Made by a program: the position numbers and the translations under genes
Source: a virus
Taxonomy: Duplodnaviria > Heunggongvirae > Uroviricota > Caudoviricetes
DNA: 43,500 nucleotides
Strand: one strand, 5' to 3'
IMG/VR virus record: IMGVR_UViG_2728369187_000005
Shown: positions 38,114 to 43,500 of the stretch, one piece after another
How positions within the stretch are numbered: the stretch's first letter is position 1
Layout: every line of letters begins with the position of its first letter
The notes under the pieces: generated by a model
Databases searched by the model: none
Told to the model about the DNA's origin: nothing
Seen by the model: only the letters and a program-made list of their open reading frames with translations

Positions 38114-40714
38114 ATGAGCACAAAACCACTCTTCCTGTTACGGAAAGCGAAAAAATCATCCGGTGAACCTGACGTCGTCCTGTGGGCAAGCAACGATTTT
38201 GAATCGACCTGTGCCACTCTGGACTACCTGATCGTTAAGTCAGGTAAAAAACTGAGCAGCTATTTTAAAGCTGTTGCCACGAATTTTCCTGTCGTTAATG
38301 ACCTGCCCGCTGAAGGTGAGATCGATTTTACCTGGAGTGAACGCTATCAACTCAGCAAAGACTCCATGACATGGGAACTAAAACCGGGAGCAGCACCAGA
38401 CAACGCTCACTATCAAGGCAATACCAACGTCAACGGCGAAGACATGACTGAGATTGAGGAGAATATGCTACTCCCAATTTCTGGCCAGGAACTGCCCATT
38501 CGTTGGCTTGCTCAACACGGCAGCGAAAAACCGGTAACGCACGTTTCACGCGACGGACTCCAGGCATTACACATTGCTCGGGCTGAAGAACTACCGGCTG
38601 TTACTGCCCTGGCTGTTTCCCACAAAACCAGCCTGCTCGACCCGCTGGAAATTCGCGAACTCCACAAACTGGTTCGTGACACTGACAAAGTTTTCCCTAA
38701 TCCTGGTAATTCAAACCTGGGACTGATAACTGCTTTTTTCGAAGCATACCTGAACGCTGACTACACCGATCGAGGACTGCTGACAAAAGAGTGGATGAAG
38801 GGTAATCGTGTTTCACACATCACTCGCACGGCTTCCGGTGCTAATGCTGGCGGCGGAAACCTCACCGATCGCGGCGAAGGTTTCGTACACGATCTGACGT
38901 CACTGGCGCGCGACGTAGCCACTGGCGTACTGGCCCGTTCAATGGATCTGGACATCTATAACCTTCATCCGGCACACGCTAAACGCATTGAGGAAATTAT
39001 CGCTGAAAATAAACCGCCCTTTTCTGTTTTCCGCGACAAATTCATCACCATGCCTGGCGGGCTGGATTATTCCCGCGCCATCGTGGTTGCGTCCGTAAAA
39101 GAAGCACCAATTGGGATCGAGGTCATCCCCGCGCACGTCACTGAATATCTGAACAAAGTACTGACTGAAACCGATCATGCCAACCCTGATCCGGAAATCG
39201 TGGATATTGCCTGCGGTCGCTCCTCTGCCCCGATGCCGCAGCGAGTAACAGAAGAAGGAAAACAGGATGATGAAGAAAAACCGCAACCATCTGGAACAAC
39301 GGCAGTTGAACAGGGAGAGGCTGAAACAATGGAACCGGACGCAACTGAACATCATCAGGACACGCAGCCGCTGGATGCTCAGTCACAGGTAAATTCTATT
39401 GATGCGAAATATCAGGAACTGCGGGCAGAACTCCATGAAGCCCGGAAAAACATTCCATCAAAAGATCCTGTCGATGCCGATAAATTGCTTGCTGCATCAC
39501 GTGGTGAATTTGTTGACGGAATTAGCGACCCGAACGATCCGAAATGGGTAAAGGGGATCCAGACTCGCGATTGTGTGTACCAGAACCAGCCAGAAACGGA
39601 AAAAACCAGCCCGGATATGAATCAACCTGAGCCAGTAGTGCAACAGGAACCGGAAATAGCCTGCAATGCCTGCGGCCAGACTGGCGGGGATAACTGCCCT
39701 GACTGTGGTGCGGTGATGGGCGACGCAACATACCAGGAAACATTCGATGAAGAGAGTCAGGTTGAAGCTAAGGAAAATGATCCGGAGGAAATGGAAGGCG
39801 CTGAACATCCGCACAATGAGAATGCTGGCAGCGATCCGCATCGCGATTGCAGTGATGAAACTGGCGAAGTCGCAGATCCCGTAATCGTAGAAGACATAGA
39901 GCCAGGTATTTATTACGGAATTTCGAATGAGAATTACCACGCGGGTCCCGGTGTCAGTAAGTCTCAGCTCGATGACATTGCTGATACTCCGGCACTATAT
40001 TTGTGGCGTAAAAATGCCCCCGTTGACACCACAAAGACAAAAACGCTCGATTTAGGAACCGCTTTCCACTGCCGGGTACTTGAACCGGAAGAATTCAGTA
40101 ACCGCTTTATCGTAGCACCTGAATTTAACCGCCGTACAAACGCCGGAAAAGAAGAAGAGAAAGCGTTTCTGATGGAATGCGCAAGCACAGGAAAAACAGT
40201 TATCACTGCGGAAGAAGGCCGGAAAATTGAACTCATGTATCAAAGCGTTATGGCTTTGCCGCTGGGGCAATGGCTTGTTGAAAGCGCCGGACACGCTGAA
40301 TCATCAATTTACTGGGAAGATCCTGAAACAGGAATTTTGTGTCGGTGCCGTCCGGACAAAATTATCCCTGAATTTCACTGGATCATGGACGTGAAAACTA
40401 CGGCGGATATTCAACGATTCAAAACCGCTTATTACGACTACCGCTATCACGTTCAGGATGCATTCTACAGTGACGGTTATGAAGCACAGTTTGGAGTGCA
40501 GCCAACTTTCGTTTTTCTGGTTGCCAGCACAACTATTGAATGCGGACGTTATCCGGTTGAAATTTTCATGATGGGCGAAGAAGCAAAACTGGCAGGTCAA
40601 CAGGAATATCACCGCAATCTGCGAACCCTGTCTGACTGCCTGAATACCGATGAATGGCCAGCTATTAAGACATTATCACTGCCCCGCTGGGCTAAGGAAT
40701 ATGCAAATGACTAA
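38114..40714 (+). CDS. recE: exonuclease VIII RecE
   Basis: 866-aa ORF, same length as K-12 RecE as recalled; stop overlaps the recT start. Confidence 0.9.
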   Translation: MSTKPLFLLRKAKKSSGEPDVVLWASNDFESTCATLDYLIVKSGKKLSSYFKAVATNFPVVNDLPAEGEIDFTWSERYQLSKDSMTWELKPGAAPDNAHYQGNTNVNGEDMTEIEENMLLPISGQELPIRWLAQHGSEKPVTHVSRDGLQALHIARAEELPAVTALAVSHKTSLLDPLEIRELHKLVRDTDKVFPNPGNSNLGLITAFFEAYLNADYTDRGLLTKEWMKGNRVSHITRTASGANAGGGNLTDRGEGFVHDLTSLARDVATGVLARSMDLDIYNLHPAHAKRIEEIIAENKPPFSVFRDKFITMPGGLDYSRAIVVASVKEAPIGIEVIPAHVTEYLNKVLTETDHANPDPEIVDIACGRSSAPMPQRVTEEGKQDDEEKPQPSGTTAVEQGEAETMEPDATEHHQDTQPLDAQSQVNSIDAKYQELRAELHEARKNIPSKDPVDADKLLAASRGEFVDGISDPNDPKWVKGIQTRDCVYQNQPETEKTSPDMNQPEPVVQQEPEIACNACGQTGGDNCPDCGAVMGDATYQETFDEESQVEAKENDPEEMEGAEHPHNENAGSDPHRDCSDETGEVADPVIVEDIEPGIYYGISNENYHAGPGVSKSQLDDIADTPALYLWRKNAPVDTTKTKTLDLGTAFHCRVLEPEEFSNRFIVAPEFNRRTNAGKEEEKAFLMECASTGKTVITAEEGRKIELMYQSVMALPLGQWLVESAGHAESSIYWEDPETGILCRCRPDKIIPEFHWIMDVKTTADIQRFKTAYYDYRYHVQDAFYSDGYEAQFGVQPTFVFLVASTTIECGRYPVEIFMMGEEAKLAGQQEYHRNLRTLSDCLNTDEWPAIKTLSLPRWAKEYAND

Positions 40715-41516
40715 GCAACCACCAATCGCAAAAGCCGATCTGCAAAAAACTCAGGGAAACCGTGCACCAGCAGCAGTTAAAAATAGCGACGTGATTAGTT
40801 TTATTAACCAGCCATCAATGAAAGAGCAACTGGCAGCAGCTCTTCCACGCCATATGACGGCTGAACGTATGATCCGTATCGCCACCACAGAAATTCGTAA
40901 AGTTCCGGCGTTAGGAAACTGTGACACTATGAGTTTTGTCAGTGCGATCGTACAGTGTTCACAGCTCGGACTTGAGCCAGGTAGCGCCCTCGGTCATGCA
41001 TATTTACTGCCTTTTGGTAATAAAAACGAAAAGAGCGGTAAAAAGAACGTTCAGCTAATCATTGGCTATCGCGGCATGATTGATCTGGCTCGCCGTTCTG
41101 GTCAAATCGCCAGCCTGTCAGCCCGTGTTGTCCGTGAAGGTGACGAGTTTAGCTTCGAATTTGGCCTTGATGAAAAGTTAATACACCGCCCGGGAGAAAA
41201 CGAAGATGCCCCGGTTACCCACGTCTATGCTGTCGCAAGACTGAAAGACGGAGGTACTCAGTTTGAAGTTATGACGCGCAAACAGATTGAGCTGGTGCGC
41301 AGCCTGAGTAAAGCTGGTAATAACGGGCCGTGGGTAACTCACTGGGAAGAAATGGCAAAGAAAACGGCTATTCGTCGCCTGTTCAAATATCTGCCCGTAT
41401 CAATTGAGATCCAGCGTGCAGTATCAATGGATGAAAAGGAACCACTGACAATCGATCCTGCAGATTCCTCTGTATTAACCGGGGAATACAGTGTAATCGA
41501 TAATTCAGAGGAATAA
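40707..41516 (+). CDS. recT: recombinase RecT (single-strand annealing protein)
   Basis: Start [16 protein letters not shown] at 40707; 269 aa. Confidence 0.9.
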   Translation: MTKQPPIAKADLQKTQGNRAPAAVKNSDVISFINQPSMKEQLAAALPRHMTAERMIRIATTEIRKVPALGNCDTMSFVSAIVQCSQLGLEPGSALGHAYLLPFGNKNEKSGKKNVQLIIGYRGMIDLARRSGQIASLSARVVREGDEFSFEFGLDEKLIHRPGENEDAPVTHVYAVARLKDGGTQFEVMTRKQIELVRSLSKAGNNGPWVTHWEEMAKKTAIRRLFKYLPVSIEIQRAVSMDEKEPLTIDPADSSVLTGEYSVIDNSEE

Positions 41517-41572
41517 TTCAGCCTGGCGGTGTAATGCACCGCCAACTTGAAATATTTTTTATGAGAAAAATT

Positions 41573-41767
41573 ATGAGATATGACAATGTTAAACCATGTC
41601 CATTTTGTGGTTGTCCATCAGTAACGGTGAAAGTCATTTCAGGATATTACCGAGCGAAGTGTAACGGATGCGAATCCCGAACCGGTTATGGTGGAAGTGA
41701 AAAAGAAGCACTCGAAAGATGGAATAAACGAACCACTGGAAATAATAACGGAGGTGTTCATGTATAA
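41573..41767 (+). CDS. ralR: restriction alleviation protein / type I toxin RalR (Lar)
   Basis: MRYDNVKPCPFCGCPSVTVKVISGYYRAKCNGCESRTGYGGSEKEALERWNKRTTGNNNGGVHV, 64 aa. Confidence 0.8.
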   Translation: MRYDNVKPCPFCGCPSVTVKVISGYYRAKCNGCESRTGYGGSEKEALERWNKRTTGNNNGGVHV

Positions 41768-41948
41768 AATTACCGCCACTATTGAAAAGGAAGGTGGCAC
41801 TCCTACTAACTGGACAAGATATTCAAAATCTAAACTAACGAAATCAGAATGCGAAAAAATGCTCTCAGGTAAAAAAGAAGCAGGCGTTTCCAGAGAGCAG
41901 AAAGTAAAACTGATAAATTTTAATTGCGAGAAACTTCAGTCCTCGTGA
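41760..41948 (+). CDS. ydaC: YdaC-like small protein
   Basis: Start MYKITATIEKEGGTPTNWTRYSK at 41760, overlapping the ralR stop. Confidence 0.65.
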   Translation: MYKITATIEKEGGTPTNWTRYSKSKLTKSECEKMLSGKKEAGVSREQKVKLINFNCEKLQSS

Positions 41949-42047
41949 ATTGCATTGTATTCAAATTAAAACTTCATAGCTGATTATTAATAATCAACAT
42001 CGGGCGTCAATTTCAGTCTAACATTGGCGCCTGCCAGAGGTGATGCG

Positions 42048-42263
42048 ATGGCACAAGTAATCTTTAATGAAGAGTGGATGGTTGAATACGGCCTGATGCT
42101 TCGCACTGGTCTGGGGGCCAGACAAATTGAAGCATACCGCCAGAACTGTTGGGTGGAGGGCTTCCACTTCAAACGAGTATCTCCTTTAGGTAAGCCAGAC
42201 AGCAAACGAGGGATTATCTGGTACAACTATCCAAAGATAAATCAGTTTATCAAAGACTCATGA
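42048..42263 (+). CDS. xisR: excisionase
   Basis: [71 protein letters not shown]; immediately upstream of the integrase. Confidence 0.8.
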   Translation: MAQVIFNEEWMVEYGLMLRTGLGARQIEAYRQNCWVEGFHFKRVSPLGKPDSKRGIIWYNYPKINQFIKDS

Positions 42264-42264
42264 T

Positions 42265-43500
42265 ATGTCTAAATTACCAACAGGTGTCGAGATTAGAGGT
42301 AGATACATTCGCATCTGGTTCATGTTTCGAGGAAAACGATGTCGGGAAACATTAAAAGGCTGGGAGATTACAAACAGTAATATTAAAAAGGCCGGAAATT
42401 TAAGAGCGCTGATAGTTCATGAAATAAACTCCGGTGAATTTGAGTATTTAAGACGTTTTCCCCAGTCCAGCACTGGGGCAAAAATGGTGACAACGAGAGT
42501 CATAAAAACGTTCGGAGAGCTTTGTGATATCTGGACAAAAATTAAAGAGACAGAGTTAACAACAAACACAATAAAGAAAACGAAATCACAATTAAAAACA
42601 CTCAGAATAATAATTTGTGAAAGTACCCTGATATCACATATTCGTTATAGCGATATCTTAAACTACCGGAATGAACTGCTGCATGGAGAAACGCTTTACC
42701 TGGATAATCCAAGATCCAACAAAAAAGGAAGAACCGTGCGCACAGTTGATAACTATATCGCCCTGCTCTGTTCGCTGTTACGTTTTGCGTATCAGTCGGG
42801 ATTTATATCAACCAAACCATTTGAAGGAGTAAAAAAATTACAGCGAAACAGAATAAAGCCTGATCCGTTATCTAAAACAGAATTCAATGCATTAATGGAA
42901 AGTGAAAAAGGACAGAGCCAGAACATGTGGAAATTTGCAGTTTACTCAGGACTTCGTCACGGGGAACTGGCAGCTCTGGCGTGGGAGGATGTGGATCTCG
43001 AAAAGGGAATAGTGAATGTCAGAAGAAACCTGACGATACTTGATATGTTCGGTCCCCCAAAAACAAATGCCGGGATCCGGACAGTAACACTACTGCAGCC
43101 TGCTCTTGAAGCACTGAAGGAGCAATACAAACTGACCGGGCATCATCGCAAAAGCGAAATCACCTTTTATCATCGGGAGTACGGCAGAACCGAAAAGCAA
43201 AAACTGCATTTTGTTTTCATGCCCAGGGTGTGTAACGGAAAACAAAAACCTTATTACTCGGTAAGCAGTTTGGGGGCAAGGTGGAATGCAGCAGTAAAAC
43301 GTGCTGGTATTCGCCGCCGTAATCCGTACCATACGCGGCATACTTTTGCCTGCTGGCTGTTGACGGCAGGAGCGAACCCGGCATTTATAGCCAGCCAAAT
43401 GGGGCATGAAACTGCGCAGATGGTGTATGAAATTTACGGTATGTGGATTGATGACATGAACGACGAACAGATAGCCATGTTGAATGCGCGGTTATCATAG
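42265..43500 (+). CDS. intR: tyrosine integrase
   Basis: 411-aa ORF with C-terminal catalytic residues (R...HTRHTF...Y); stop codon is the last triplet of the window. Confidence 0.9.
   Translation: MSKLPTGVEIRGRYIRIWFMFRGKRCRETLKGWEITNSNIKKAGNLRALIVHEINSGEFEYLRRFPQSSTGAKMVTTRVIKTFGELCDIWTKIKETELTTNTIKKTKSQLKTLRIIICESTLISHIRYSDILNYRNELLHGETLYLDNPRSNKKGRTVRTVDNYIALLCSLLRFAYQSGFISTKPFEGVKKLQRNRIKPDPLSKTEFNALMESEKGQSQNMWKFAVYSGLRHGELAALAWEDVDLEKGIVNVRRNLTILDMFGPPKTNAGIRTVTLLQPALEALKEQYKLTGHHRKSEITFYHREYGRTEKQKLHFVFMPRVCNGKQKPYYSVSSLGARWNAAVKRAGIRRRNPYHTRHTFACWLLTAGANPAFIASQMGHETAQMVYEIYGMWIDDMNDEQIAMLNARLS

Noticed and set aside
38761-40612. Series of minus-strand ORFs (64-147 aa) inside recE
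   Set aside because: All are embedded antisense in the recE ORF with low-complexity Phe/Ser/Arg-rich translations and no start signals; recE itself is confidently called
1-43500. Search for transposase/IS elements, rRNA, CRISPR arrays and prophage attachment sites
   Set aside because: No transposase-like ORF or terminal inverted repeats, no rRNA-like sequence and no repeat-spacer array were seen; the integrase stop is the last base of the window and stf runs off the start, so attL and attR lie outside the window

Overview
The whole 43.5-kb window lies inside a lambdoid prophage of the E. coli Rac type, and unlike the defective K-12 Rac remnant this copy looks structurally complete. It is a draft assembly with four N-runs (2263-2332, 3945-4100, 5741-5783, 29411-29483). 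The minus strand carries a full late region running from high to low coordinates: a Q-like antiterminator, a lysis cassette (holin, lambda-R-like endolysin, Rz/Rz1), the K+ transporter moron trkG, a ParB-like nuclease plus GT-A-like gene pair coupled to the terminase genes, portal, head morphogenesis, scaffold, capsid, head-tail joining genes, major tail protein, G/GT chaperone with an A_AAA_AAG frameshift site, tape measure H, lambda-like M-L-K-I-J, lom and the start of stf. The right third is the immunity, replication and recombination region: ydaV-ydaU-ydaT-ydaS (minus), racR (plus) flanked by repeated operator sites, then ydaG, ydaF, sieB, kilR, ydaE, racC, recE, recT, ralR, ydaC, xisR and intR, which ends at the window edge. 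No single locus can be confirmed as a new system from sequence alone; the best uncharacterised candidates are (1) the ParB-like nuclease / DxD-motif protein / 83-aa protein operon fused onto the terminase operon, (2) an AT-rich 189-aa membrane-protein moron between two terminators upstream of the holin, with a convergent 53-aa ORF, and (3) an AT-rich counter-oriented island (28.0-30.8 kb) with a 28-aa hydrophobic peptide, a YeaR-like protein, a KilA-N protein and about 740 bp of non-coding DNA. No CRISPR array, rRNA, tRNA or transposase was recognised. All calls come from reading the ORF translations, motifs and synteny from memory; no database search or folding computation was run.
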